A stretch of DNA of 63,344 bases, the filler included, from Octopus bimaculoides (taxonomy: Eukaryota): the NCBI RefSeq assembly GCF_001194135.2. It is 6 parts of 5 records of this genome, joined end to end, with 100 filler letters (N's around TTAATTAATTAA, not from the genome) between each part and the next. Parts side by side here need not be neighbours in the genome. Positions count along the whole stretch, not along the records: positions 13,799 to 45,271 come from NC_068984.1; 5 more parts are not named here. One strand, 5' to 3'. Within the stretch, counting starts at the first letter, position 1. Each line of letters begins with the position of its first letter. A program made the position numbers and the translations under genes. The notes under the pieces are model-generated. The model ran no database searches, was not told the origin of the DNA, and saw nothing but the letters and a program-made list of their open reading frames with translations. This document shows, one piece after another, positions 13,699 through 26,480 of the stretch.

Positions 13699-14133
13699 NN
13701 NNNNNNNNNNNNNNNNNNNNNNNNNNNNNNNNNNNNNNNNNNTTAATTAATTAANNNNNNNNNNNNNNNNNNNNNNNNNNNNNNNNNNNNNNNNNNNNTA
13801 GATAAAACACCACATCGTAAATTGGTGATTTAGTAAAAACTACATAATATTTTATATAGAATATAAACAGTTTATTATACAAATTTTAATAACAGAAATA
13901 AATTCAACAAGTTGAAAGAAGCGAGAAGTAAAAGGAATTTATATTAATTTATTATATACATTTTTTTGGCATTTATAGAACATTTAGAAATAAAGTCATT
14001 TCGTCGTAGAGAATTACGACTTAAATTTTATATTAACTAATCTTTCATTCTAGCTATAAGAGTTCACAACAATTCAATATTGTCGGATTTGAGTATTGAA
14101 CATGGCATATAATTTAGCTGATACTCAAAAGGG

Positions 14134-14262
14134 TGAGAGTCGTGGATTTGAGTGGAATCCAACAATCACTTGCATGAGTGTCGTGGATTTGAGTGGCCAT
14201 CCAACGATTACTTGAGCGAGTGTTGTGGATTTGAGTGTCAACCCAACGATCACTGGAGAGTG
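14134..14262. repeat. Three tandem 41-42 bp units, each an imperfect hairpin
   Basis: Core gtggatttgagtg at 14142, 14183 and 14225. Confidence 0.85.
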
Positions 14263-14439
14263 TGCCGAAAATCCACGTGAAAAACTTCTTCAACGAAGTT
14301 CAGAATTCGTATATGGACAGTAATTTTCAACCAATGAGAAATCCATAATTTCTCATGTTCAGGCAAACGAACTTACGTTCTCTCTCCGCCTCTTATGAGT
14401 TTGCTACACAGCCTTTATGCAAAGCAAGCAATTAGATTA

Positions 14440-15530
14440 GGTTACATAGAACCTCCTCAAGAGACCAATGTACCTCCAGGTTGTATGGAAACTTATAAAA
14501 AGTGTGTATGGCTTGACTGGTGCTTCAAGATCCTGGTATTTAATGAAATTAGGAGCAGTAGCTTCAAAATATGATCAGACAAAACATCAAAATACGATAT
14601 TGTGGAAACAAACTGCATGGTATCATTGCTACACATGTGAATGATGTCTGTTTTTCAGGTTCAAAGGTCTCTCAGATCCAAGTTATAGATGAAGAAATAG
14701 CAGAGTTCCAATATACATGATTAGATACTAAAATGAATGGACTGGAAATTAAACTTGGATAAGACGAATATATATAGAAATTGAAATATATTTCAACAGA
14801 AAATAATAGAAATTTAAAAGATAAAATATTAGCAAGATTGCAGAAGTTAGGCAACTGATAAGTCAACTAAATTGGTTAGTCACACTAACTAGACCAGATT
14901 TGAATTATGATGTCAGTGAGTTAAACTCTATTCTAAAACATGGAATCTATTAAACAAGTTAACAGAATAGTGAAGAAAGCGAAGAAAAGTCTTACCTAGT
15001 TATTCCAGAATTAGAAAATTTTGATTGTTTACAGTTAGTGGCATATAGTGATGCTTCGTTCACTAATCTGAGTGATGGGGATCACAAAGAGGTTATATTA
15101 TCTTTCTGGTTGGTGACAACAATAGTTACATGTCTATTGCTTAGCAATCTAAATGTATTAGAATAGCTGTTAAAAGTACTCTAGCGGCAGGAATCTTGGA
15201 AAAAGTTGCCATGGCAGAAGCATGTATCTTTTTTATAGAAAATTTTTGTTAGAATTGCTACATTTAAAGGATAAAATTGAAAACATTAAAAGAACTTGCA
15301 AGACAGACAGTTCTTGTCTTTACGATGCAGTATACTCAACCGCTAAAAGTTTAGGCAAAAGACTTCATATAGAGATGGTAGCCATCTTGACAGAAAAGAT
15401 AGGCAAAAAGGAAATTGAAAATATCTCATTTATTTCAACAGATGCACAAATTCCTGCCAATTTGGCATAGAAAGGGGCACCCTCCTTTAAAATTCTTGAG
15501 TTTACATCAGAACCTAAAGAATATAATTGT
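14440..15530 (+). mobile_element. Ty1/copia RT-RNaseH remnant, GalEa-like
   Basis: Frameshifted motifs VWKL...VYGLTGASRSWY, VAYSDASFTNLSDG, VKSTLAA, CKTDSSCLYDAVYST, KRLHIEM and QIPANLA*KGA. The YSDASFxNL, STLAAE and KRLRI pattern is what I associate with GalEa copia. Confidence 0.75.
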
Positions 15531-15780
15531 TAAAGCAATATTCCTCCTTTTTCCTTTTGCAGTTGAAAGTTTGGTATTAGCATAACATCACAACTGCTAG
15601 TCACCCATGAAGAGAAAAGAGAGAAAGGAGGACAAATTCTTAACAGTATAAGGGAGATAATCCATCCTGAATTATTGGAAGAACAAGAAGAGGAACTGTA
15701 GAGATGAAGCAGTAGGAAGTAGTGAGAAGGATATTGAGGGTTTTGGTTGTCTCATGTGGAATAAAAGGTTATTAATAATG

Positions 15781-15792
15781 ACGATAATGATG

Positions 15793-15847
<55 letters not shown>

Positions 15848-15850
15848 TAA
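15781..15850. repeat. (AAT)n microsatellite
   Basis: Direct reading. Confidence 0.95.
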
Positions 15851-16999
15851 TTGCTACTAAAAAGAAGTAGGGTGTTTATTTACATTCCAGGATACCCCAG
15901 AGAAAAAATCATAAGCTATAATCTTAACATCGTAATACACAGATATATGTATAAATATACTGGATATGTCTATGAAAATTTTATCCGGTGTCATAAGTTT
16001 AGATTTGAATTTAATTTTCCCGTCCTCAAATTTAATTAATTTCTTGACAGAAACGTTACCCTGTCTCCCACATCTATACGCTAGCCACCATCCACACTCT
16101 ATCTGCCACCAGCAGCTTCCTCTTGACCAGCCAAGTTATTTGAAAATAAACCAAGCAATCTAAATGGCCATGAGAATAATGCTCCAGCGCACATTTATGG
16201 CTAGACGGCCAATCTAATCCCCTAACAGACCAAACCTGAAATCCATCCAGCAGCCCCCACTCCACAGAATATCTCCTCCAAATAGGTAATAACAGCACGT
16301 TGAAGAGGATGAACATTAGCACTCCATTTTGGACAGCCACAGAAAGTGCTCCAAATCAATAATGACAAAAACCATCCCACCAATACAGTCAACTACAAGA
16401 ATGAAAACCAACACAAAAACACAGAAACAGAAGAGCAACGATAGTAAAAGAGCCACCACGACTACAGGAAATAGTCAAAGAGACCAACAGACTACAACAG
16501 TGCTACCACCCCCACCACCAACAATACAAGCAAATGATAATAATACTAACGATAAGACACCCTGGGTATGGCACGAAAGTGCATCCGGTTGTGGCATCAT
16601 GACAGGGGAAGAACCATAACTACCTTCAGGTCACTATTGGGCGAAGTGTAGTACTTGTAAGCCCACCCTGACACCTGAAAATACCAGGTTGGTGTTGGAG
16701 AAGCGGGGATTAAGCCTGTCTCATGGGAGGAGGAGTCCCTTTAGCATTGGTCAGCAACCGATCTAGAGGAGGTGACTCAAAAAGAACACTGATGGTTATG
16801 CAACCTCAACACCAAAATTCTCAAGCATGAAAATGTCAAATACAAAGATATAAAACAATGGATTGAATGAGACTGGTACTAAAAACAGTGTACACAAGAG
16901 CAGGTGTGCACTCTCAGAGCCTTGGCTCACAACCAATCTAGTGATGGTGTCACAATATAAATATTGGTGATTGCACAACCTTACAAATGCCACCTCTAA

Positions 17000-19545
17000 A
17001 TGAATGATGTCAAAATTGAATAATAACCACAACTATGCTAACAGGACTAGATTTGTTAACAGTGAAGGTGTTGCACATAGCAGGCAGGGAGTATCTGATA
17101 AAGCTCTGGCAGGTTGTCATCAAACTATTGATCACAACTAAAATTGCAATCAAAAGAACAAAAGAAAAAGAATGAAATGGGAAAAAGACGTAAACAAAAT
17201 AGTAACAGAACGCTGGCTGAGAAGTGAGCCAAATAAAAGACGCTTCATGAATCGAATGAAGAAAATATGGAATAAAAAGTGACTGATAGACCAAGCAAGA
17301 GCAATCTGTAGGAACAACTGGATTACAGGAGTAGAGATTGAAGAAATTCAGAGGAACATAATAAAAATGAGCAGAAGGAGAGTGAAACAGCAGTAACAGA
17401 AAGTGGTAATGAAGAGGTAAGAGATAAACATGAAACAGATGGAAACTGCAGAGTACCAGAGAATAGTGATAAAGTAAATAATGAAGATGATCTAGATGGA
17501 CAGGTGACAGTAATTACAGCACAAGACTTGAATGATGATGAGGAGATTTTAAAAATGTTGCGAGGTAAAATGTTTGATGGGAACAATGAAGTACCACCAA
17601 ATGTAAGATATATGGACAGAAAACAAGTGAGGAAAGCCACAGGCAAAGTAAAAGACACTTTAAACTCAGTTAAAACAGAAAACATCAGTAAAACAAATCA
17701 GCTAATCATAGCTACTGCTAATGTTGTAGCTAACATAGTAGGCTACAAGCGAAAAAACTGAAGCAAATGAAAAGAAAGAACCAAGAGGAAAAGAATGAAA
17801 TTGGAAAAGACATGGAAAGAACTGAGGCAATTGAATAGGATAATAAGAGGAGAGTTCAAGAATAAGGTAGTAATCAGAAAATTGAAAGGACAGTACAAGT
17901 CAGAAGAAACGCAAAATCAAATGGTACATGAAGAATTGACACAAAAGGTGACAGCATTAAAGGCCAAATTGAAAAGATATGATGCTAGACGCAAAGGTTT
18001 TGAACAGAACAGACTGTTTCAATCAAATAGGTGTCAATTTGAGGAAATAGAAGGTGGCCAACACCAGGAACTGATTCCAGATGTAGAAGAAAGTAAAGAA
18101 TGTTGGGGAAGGATGTGGAATAGGCAGGCAAAACATAAAGAAAAGGTGGGGTGGCTAACAAAGGTTGAAAGACAACTTGCAACTGTACCAAGACAAAAGG
18201 ACGTCAGAATTAATAAATATACAGTGAGACAAAAGTTAAGGACAAATTGCAAAGGACCAGGCCCAGATGGAGTACAAGGCTGAAGAACTTTACACAGTTG
18301 CATGAAAGGATCACTGTGCAACTGGATGATGCCTGCAGCAAGGCCACATCCCTGCCAGGATGACAACAAGTGGATGAACGCTGCTATGCTTCAAGGATCC
18401 CTTGAAAGGGAACTTGGAATCAAATTTTCAACCTATAAACTGTTTACCACTAATGTGGAAACTTATGACCAGTGTCTTGTGCGGAGGAGTTATGCAACCA
18501 TCGGGAAAGTAACTATTTACTTGCAGAAGAACAGAAAGGATGCAGAAAACAAAGTAGGGCAAAAAAAGATCACTTATTAGTTGATAACATGATAATTAGA
18601 AATTGTAGATGCAGATTGATGGGAGAGAATATAGCATGGCCAGATTACAAAAAATGCATATGACATGATACCACACAATTGGATAAATAAAACAATGAGC
18701 ATGTTTGGAATAGTAAAAAACATGGAGAAAAGGCTTAATGAAAGCATGAGACATTGGAATACTAAAGTGATCAGAGGAAAACAAAAACTCAGAAAAGTGA
18801 ACATTAGACATGGAATATTCTTTAGTGGCAGCTTATCTCCATTACTGTTTGTATTGGCCATGACACTGCTCACTATGATATTATGAAAAGTTAAAATTGC
18901 TTAAGATTTGGGAAAAGGAAACAGACATATAAATCATCTCTATTTCATGGATGATATAAAGGTTTATACAAAAAATGAGAAACAGCTTGAAAGTCTTGTA
19001 CATATAATTCATATTTTCTCAAATGACGGAGGTATAGAATTTGGGATAGAAAAGTGCGCTATATTGAAAATGAAAGAAGGAAGATTTGAAAGAAGCCAGG
19101 GAATTGAAATATCAAATGATCAAATAATGAGAGCAGTTGAGGAAGAACAATGGTATAAGTACTTGGGAATGCTGGAAGCAGTATGAAGAAATGAAACAAA
19201 TTACCAGTAGTGCGTACACAAGGAGAGTCAGAAAATTATCGCAGTCAAAGCTGAATTCCAAAAATCTTTTTGAAGCAATAAATTCAGGAGCAGTACCCTT
19301 AATCAGATATGGAGTTGGAATTATAGACTGGACCAGAAATGATATAAAGAAACTTGACAGAAAAATTAGGAAGTTGCTGATGATGTATGGAGCCCACCAT
19401 CCAAAAGCTGATATCAACTGGCTGTACTTGAGGAAAGACAAGGGTGGAAGAGGCTTAATAGCAGTAGTAAAATATGTACAGATGGAAATAAAAAGTCTAG
19501 TAGAGAATTTACAGAGCAGCTGAGAAAATCTACTAAAGACAGTTA
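17000..19545 (+). mobile_element. Decayed Dong/R4-type LINE; 5' end may reach ~16600
   Basis: KGPGPDGVQG, AWPDYKK-AYDMIPHNWI, IRHGIFFSGSLSPLLFVLAM, INHLYFMDDIKVY, GIEFGIEKCA, YKYLG, LNSKNLFEAIN...HHPKADINWLYLRKDKGGRGLI. Confidence 0.85.
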
Positions 19546-19576
19546 ATAATATAGATTACCCCACTGGGCACCTTAA

Positions 19577-22048
19577 CCCTTTAGTATTCAGATTAATTTG
19601 TCAAAGTAATGCTTATCTGTTCACATTAATTTTGATTTATTCAGGTTCAAGTCGGGTGTCCACAATATTTGCTTCTAACTTGGTTAATTTTCTACATACA
19701 GATTTGAAACTTTGTAAATGGGTGCTTATATGCCAGTGGTTTGTAATTACGTAATTTTAGCTGATCTTTCTGATTAAATTTGACTTTTATGGGCAGATAA
19801 ATTTAATTAACAGATGTAAAAACAATAACATTATGAATAAATACTAAAATTCATATTCTTAATACATCTTACCTGTTTGGTTTGCTGCTAAAATTATCCC
19901 AGATGTCAACTACCAACAATTTTACATTTTTCAAGATGAAGTACATTAATTTGAATTAATTAAAATACAGGTGTAATCGGTAGATTTTACTCTTTTTCTA
20001 TATTTCATTCAAACGTTATCATTGAAAATAAAGTACAAATCTCTTTTACCAGTCAATATACCATTGGCTATGCACTCGTATACAATTTAACGAATTCATT
20101 TACGTAATAGAATGCATCTAATAAAAAAAATCTCATTAACAGGAGAGGCAAAGGTGAATACAGGTGTGTAACATAGTGAAAATTAATATGTAGTTCTCAC
20201 TTTCACATATTATTTATAATAAAATGAAAAAGAATGTATAAAATAATATACCTACAAAATAATACAGTTATGACATATTTCTGTCATGAAACTGCCCAAA
20301 GCACCCTTTACACANNNNNNNNNNNNNNNNNNNNNNNNNNNNNNNNNNNNNNATCTTTTCAACTTGATGGAAGTCAATATTTTCTCTGTTGACATCCACC
20401 TCAGTTAATTTTGCTTTTCTCCCAGTTCTGTGCTTTCTAGAAGAAAAGCCCTCACGTAACTGAGATGCGATGTCAACCCAAAATTTCAAGTGGTCGTAGT
20501 CTTTTAGTGGCAGAGGTACTTTGTGGCTTTTTACATATACAATATATGAATTTACTATAGTTAAATTCACTAAAAACCACAAAATGTACCTCCACCATTT
20601 CTTCCCAGGTCGACCAACCGGGTAATATGCCCGATATTGGTCGGATTTATCAACCCCACCCATATATTTGTTATAACAAATATTCACGAGGGGTTTCCCC
20701 TCAGCACCAACACCAGGCTGTTCATTAGAAGACAGAAATAAAATCTGTCTTTTGTCTTTAAAAGCAGTAATCAATAAATTTTCTTTTTGCATTTGTAAAA
20801 TGTCCCCTCTTTTTTTTAATTTTGTTTTCATTTCACAGGGTAAACCTTTATGGTTTCCCATAACAGTACTGCATATGTAAGTACTTACATGGGCAAAATT
20901 TTCTGCCAAAGCCACTGGAGAAAAGAAACAGTCAAGATGGTGAAATGGTTGTGTAAGAGACCATACAACATCATGTCCCAATCCATGCGGTCGGTTTCCA
21001 TTATATTTTTTACCTGTGTAAACATCGAAGTTTACACAGTATCCAGTCTCTGATTCACAAACTTCCCATACCTTGATCCCCCATTTAGTAGGTTTGGCAG
21101 GCATGTACTGCCGAAAATGTACTCTGCCCTTATAGCCTATCATGGCTTCATCTACACTGAGATTTTTCCCAGGTAGATAAATAGTTTTATAATTATTAAC
21201 AAGTAAATCGATTACAGGACGTACTTTGTACAGGGGATCGTAGTTTGGGTCATTTTTGTTGGGGCATTTGCAGAATCAGTTAAATGCAAATACTGAGATA
21301 TTTTCGAATACCTCGTCTTCGACATTATACTCGAAATATATGGATCGCCATACCTTACAGCTGGACTCCAATAGTTCCACAGTCGAGGAAGCAGTTTAAC
21401 ACCAAACATAACATTGATTGTGAAAAACGCTCTCATTTCTGCAGTTGGCTGCCATAGTGGATTGTTTCTTCCACGAACAGTAATTAAATGTTGCGCATAT
21501 TTGTTTGTGTCCTCCACAACATTTTCAAAAAAACTTACAGGTAAAAATAAAAACAGATAGTCTAATGGTTGAGCATCAGGAGGTAAATTATGTTGTGGCC
21601 AGTGTTTTCTGTAAAATCAGAAATAGTGTTTGGTATTGTGATTTTTTACCATGTTGCCATGTTTTCGTCCAACAAATAATCACTGATATCGATATCAGAT
21701 TCATCCAAAGACAAAATACTTTTGTTTTCATTTATTTTTTTCAATATCATCAATTGTAAATCCTTCAAAATCGGAATCGCTACTTGCTGACGCCATTTCT
21801 TTCACAATCAAGGTAAACTCTTCTCTTCAAACGTTGAAAAAACCATGTGGTCGAAACAATTTCACAGTATTTATACTTGAATAAAGGCGAGAAAGGTTTC
21901 ATCTCGCATTATCTCAAAGCTACGAGAAGTCAATTACGTGATTTGTTTATTTTTTTAGCGATTTTGTAGAGCTTTTGGATATGGCCGGTTTGAACAAATA
22001 AAGGGGAATTAATTTTGGCTGATTACAGCCAGTTTGAACACTAAAGGG
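19577..22048 (-). mobile_element. Full-length piggyBac (2472 bp) with a disrupted PGBD4-like transposase
   Basis: TTAA at 19573-76 and 22049-52; TIRs CCCTTTAGTATTCA and TGAACACTAAAGGG (14 bp, 1 mismatch). Transposase runs from ATG 21796 to 20268 with SVDEAMIGYKGR, KPTKWGIK, DCFFS, YNKYMGGVDKSDQ and a Cys-rich tail; stops and frameshifts in the 5' part. Confidence 0.93.
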
Positions 22049-22479
22049 TTAACAATAGACTCCCTGTCCTTGATAGTGAACTTCCATTAGACACTGTAAA
22101 CAACAGAGTGCAGCTCCTCCACTCCAATTACATAAAACCCATAGCTTCTAAATATGTTTTTCACAGGAACTCAGCTTTGTCACACTATATGAAAATCAAC
22201 ATACTGATAGCAGACTTAGTTAGGATAATGAATAACATGTCCCCCATGCGAACCCAATGAAACAAGAAAACATGTACAGAACTTCATGCACCACATGACC
22301 AGATATGACCAGAAAGATAGGATTCCTGTATACAGGCGAGTGAGAAAGAAGTTAGATAGCATTACATGTAATGAAGCTGGTGGCACCCACACAAGATACA
22401 GAAGTAAAGACAGAGTTTGGGACAAAGCAAACAAAGTAAACACATGGTACAGGGTTGACAAATTAACCTTGGCATTAAC

Positions 22480-22790
22480 TGTAGAACTAGAAATGTATTC
22501 TACAGCATAAAGTGCATAGATAGTGCTTGTGAAGACAAGAATATCACATACATTGGCGAAACATTTAGAAGTATTGTGGAGAGATTACAAAACTCTACCA
22601 ACATGCCAAAGACCAACATGAAGGCACACTGGGCCGACTTGATATAGGCATTTTATCCAAGAACCTGAAGGAACCACCACTCAGACAAATACAGGCATAT
22701 GTCCTCATAAATGAAACGTCCCCTGTACTAAATAGGAAATACATGTAGAAGGTAGTATACCCCAATACCCACAGAATATACATATGTAAG
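22480..22790 (+). mobile_element. Penelope-like GIY-YIG endonuclease remnant
   Basis: CEDKNITYIGETFRSIVERL, then after a frameshift KLYQHAKDQH...QIQAYVLINETSPVLNRKYM*. Confidence 0.7.
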
Positions 22791-22818
22791 TACATTTGCT
22801 AGTAGGCTGTTATCTAGG

Positions 22819-22851
<33 letters not shown>

Positions 22852-22856
<5 letters not shown>

Positions 22857-24718
22857 CAAAATAAGCAACACGGATTTCAAAGATGATTGCAGTACGCACG
22901 TTTCATGCTACTCCATTTATTTAAGTAATGCGAGCATTACATTAAATGCAATATGTAGAGCAATCTTCAGCTGCAGGAAAATGCAGAAAATCACAGTAGA
23001 ATAGACATATTATAATTGTGGCAACATTTCAAAACCAAGTGGGAGGAAGAATACATAAAATCCATCTTGACATAGCCAAGTCTATCAGGCTAGTAATTGG
23101 TTCTAGGCAAAAATTCTAAACTGTCTCTGATGCATTATTAGTACAATAACCGAGAATTATATTNNNNNNNNNNNNNNNNNNNNNNNNNNNNNNNNNNNNN
23201 NNNNNNNNNNNNNNNNNNNNNNNNNNNNNNNNNNNNNNNNNNNNNNNNNNNNNNNNNNNNNNNNNNNNNNNNNNNNNNNNNNNNNNNNNNNNNNNNNNNN
23301 NNNNNNNNNNNNNNNNNNNNNNNNNNNNNNNNNNNNNNNNNNNNNNNNNNNNNNNNNNNNNNNNNNNNNNNNNNNNNNNNNNNNNNNNNNNNNNNNNNNN
23401 NNNNNNNNNNNNNNNNNNNNNNNNNNNNNNNNNNNNNNNNNNNNNNNNNNNNNNNNNNNNNNNNNNNNNNNNNNNNNNNNNNNNNNNNNNNNNNNNNNNN
23501 NNNNNNNNNNNNNNNNNNNNNNNNNNNNNNNNNNNNNNNNNNNNNNNNNNNNNNNNNNNNNNNNNNNNNNNNNNNNNNNNNNNNNNNNNNNNNNNNNNNN
23601 NNNNNNNNNNNNNNNNNNNNNNNNNNNNNNNNNNNNNNNNNNNNNNNNNNNNNNNNNNNNNNNNNNNNNNNNNNNNNNNNNNNNNNNNNNNNNNNNNNNN
23701 NNNNNNNNNNNNNNNNNNNNNNNNNNNNNNNNNNNNNNNNNNNNNNNNNNNNNNNNNNNNNNNNNNNNNNNNNNNNNNNNNNNNNNNNNNNNNNNNNNNN
23801 NNNNNNNNNNNNNNNNNNNNNNNNNNNNNNNNNNNNNNNNNNNNNNNNNNNNNNNNNNNNNGTTATTTACATTATTCCAGGGCTTACAACAATAGTGTCT
23901 TGTTTATTTTGTATTTTTTACTTAAATAAATCTAATCCTTATGCCCAAATTTAATCTAATCCTTATTCAATTAATATTTTTTAATTAGCCCATGTTAATC
24001 TTGAAACAAATCCATGACTAATGAAACTTTTAATCAATCATCAGGTTCCTGTATTGGATGTCCTTGTTAATTCCTAATATCCTTTTTCTTTTTCTGTCCC
24101 TTAAACCTTAGTAAACCCATAAACTAATATAAATCCTATACTAATTTTTTCTTCACATTATAAAAATAAAGCTTAAATTTTATGTGCCTTCTAAATAGTA
24201 TTATTATATATATCAGCTTAAATTTAAAAAATTTTTTTTTTAATAATTCAAAATTATCTTCGTGAACCTAATATACTTAATATCCTTAGACTTTACACAT
24301 TATCTATAGCCTCTGAATTCAATACTGACATTACTTCATGCTTCTTATTTTTATTAGCATATTTTATTAGTATACCTCTTACTGTTAAAATATTGGTTAA
24401 ACTAATATTGATATCTGTAAAACAATTGATGCTCTATTTAGACTAAAGGAAAAGCCCTGTTTGACCTATATACCTAGGGTTTAATTCCTCAACATTTTGA
24501 TAGTAGTAAAATACCCCAACCCATAAGAGTGTTTGCCACTCTGACCAGAGAATCCTTTATAACCATATCTTTTATAGCCTTGTCCATGCATAATGCTTAC
24601 ACTTTCCCTTCCCTTAGAAGTGATTGTCCCTCATACTATTACTACTAGATAAGAGACAATAAAATCAGAGACAGTTTAGAATTTTTGCCTAGAACCAATT
24701 ACTAGCCTGATAGACTTG
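22852..24718. mobile_element. Penelope-like element with an internally inverted segment
   Basis: Homologous to 57400-58900, but 23860-24718 runs opposite to 22852-23160. 23077-23130 and 24665-24718 are reverse complements. Confidence 0.6.
22888..22975 (-). ncRNA. Type I hammerhead ribozyme motif with intact core and extended stem II
   Basis: Minus strand: tgcag CTGAAGA ttgctc...tagcat GAAA C gtgc G TA ctgca. Stem I is a perfect 5 bp; the NUH site is GUA. Confidence 0.7.
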
Positions 24719-24735
24719 CTCAGTCATGTGTTCAC

Positions 24736-24975
24736 CATCATCATCATTGTTTAACGCCCGCTTTCCATGCTAGCATGGGTTGGACGATTTGACTGAGGAC
24801 TGGCAAGCCAGAAGGCTGCACCAGGCTCCAATCTGATCTGGCAGAGTTTCTACAGCTGGATGCCTTTCCTAACGCCAACCACTCCGAGAGTGCAGTGGGT
24901 GCTTTTATGTGCCACCGGCACGAGGGCCAGTCACACGGTACTGGCAATGGCCACGCTCAAAATGGTGTTTTTGAG
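24736..24975 (-). mobile_element. SINE or RTE 3'-UTR derivative with a (GAT)n tail
   Basis: catcatcattgtttaacgcccgctttccatgctagcatgg matches the RTE 3' end at 33309-33350. Further copies at ~42959-43290 and ~61845-62115. Confidence 0.75.
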
Positions 24976-25084
24976 AGAAGGAATTTGGCCTACAGACAAT
25001 AACTTCTTTCTATCAATCCCTTTATTCTTATATATATTCATACACACACTCAAGATGCATACATGTTTTCAGGAGTGTTCCCAA

Positions 25085-25380
25085 TCCCCTTCACCAGGAG
25101 GATTGGCCTTAACACTTTTGTTGTGGAGAACAGGTTTTCTTGAGTACAGCAAGGTGTCGGGTATCTTGGTCCTTTGTCATCTCGTCTGAAAGTTTCAGTG
25201 TCTTGAGGTCATCCTTCAGTACCTCATCCCATGTCTTCCTGGGTCTCCCTCTTCCACAAGTTTTATCCACTTTGAGAGATTGACACACCTTTACGGAGCT
25301 ATTGGCATCCATCGAAATCACATGACCAAGCCATTGTAGTCTTTCTCTTGCACACTGCATCTGATTCCTCTTCAAATGCT
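25085..25380 (-). mobile_element. Older RTE RT C-terminal fragment
   Basis: RLQWLGHVISMD...GRGRPRKTWDEVLKDDL. Confidence 0.8.
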
Positions 25381-25939
25381 ACTAGGAGCTATGACACAAT
25401 TTGTTAGAAATAGAAATCAAATCTTCCTCAAATCACACCTAGTATCTTTTGAACTAAGACAAACCTGGAGTGAAACAACAACTCAGTATAATTAGAATGT
25501 ATGCAGGTGTTGCAATGGCATTTCACATGGATTGAGTAAAGCCATACTTAGAAGGTATAAACAGTGTTAACATAAACAGAAAGTTAATTAATGGCTACTG
25601 TATTTACTTTATATTTAAACATAAAGGCCATAAAATCACAATCACTTTCTCTTATCATAAATCATTGGCTAGGGATTCAAGCAAAAATAAAAATGATAGC
25701 TGAACATTAATATATCCACTCAACTGGAATCAAACTTAAAAAACAATGTTTGTATGGACAGACCAACCAAAATAAATGTGAATTCAGGACAATTTTATAA
25801 TTAGTAATAGACATTGAAAGTATGGGTTGTCAGTTATCAATTAACACAAAAAATATTTTCATTGTAGTGGTCTATGTCATTTGCAACTTTTCTTTATTGT
25901 TATTGAAATTAGAATGTTACTTCTTTTCACATAACAATG

Positions 25940-26480
25940 GAGTTACAAGTAGGAAAAAATAAACATTTTTGATGCCTGTATCTCTTCACTTTGAATCAAG
26001 GCTCCAAAGCTACCTGAGCCACTCAAGACATTTATGCTATGTACAGAGAAAGTGCTATAACTCACAGAAATGGTTTTCACACTTCAGGGAGGGAAAATTC
26101 AACCTCACATTCTGGCCAACATATTCAGTTCAATGAGGATCAATTGAACTAGTCCATCCATGAAGATCCACACCAACCAACCAACTCACTCACTAGGGAA
26201 AATGGGATGCTCTCATGACACTGTCGCCCATCACCCTCACTCAATGGATGAGGGTCAAAAGCTGAGTGCATGGGTACCACATGCTCTGCTTGAAAGAGAC
26301 AAACTCCAGCACTCTGCTATTGCTGTTAGAGTTGCATCCACATAAGACAATGATCTGCAACCACACAAACATTGCAGAGCTTTACATTTAGTGAATGCAA
26401 CAGCTCGAGGCAGCTGAGATGATGTAACTGACAACACAGCATGCTTCTTCAACATGGGCTCTCCTGCCCACATCACTAAT
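25940..26480 (+). mobile_element. Mariner remnant
   Basis: KWFSHFREG-like HTH piece and KLSAWVPHALLERDK (WVPHxL motif). Confidence 0.6.

Noticed and set aside
13743-13754. TTAATTAATTAA islands inside N runs (also ~45316, ~51227, ~59199, ~61485)
   Set aside because: The same 12-mer is embedded in gaps and has stops in all six frames, so it is an assembly spacer rather than biology.
14134-14262. CRISPR-like array
   Set aside because: The units are contiguous without unique spacers, the context is eukaryotic and no cas genes are present.
16329-16619. Thr/Pro-rich 96-aa ORF
   Set aside because: Low-complexity (ACA/CCA) sequence with no splice signals or recognisable domain.
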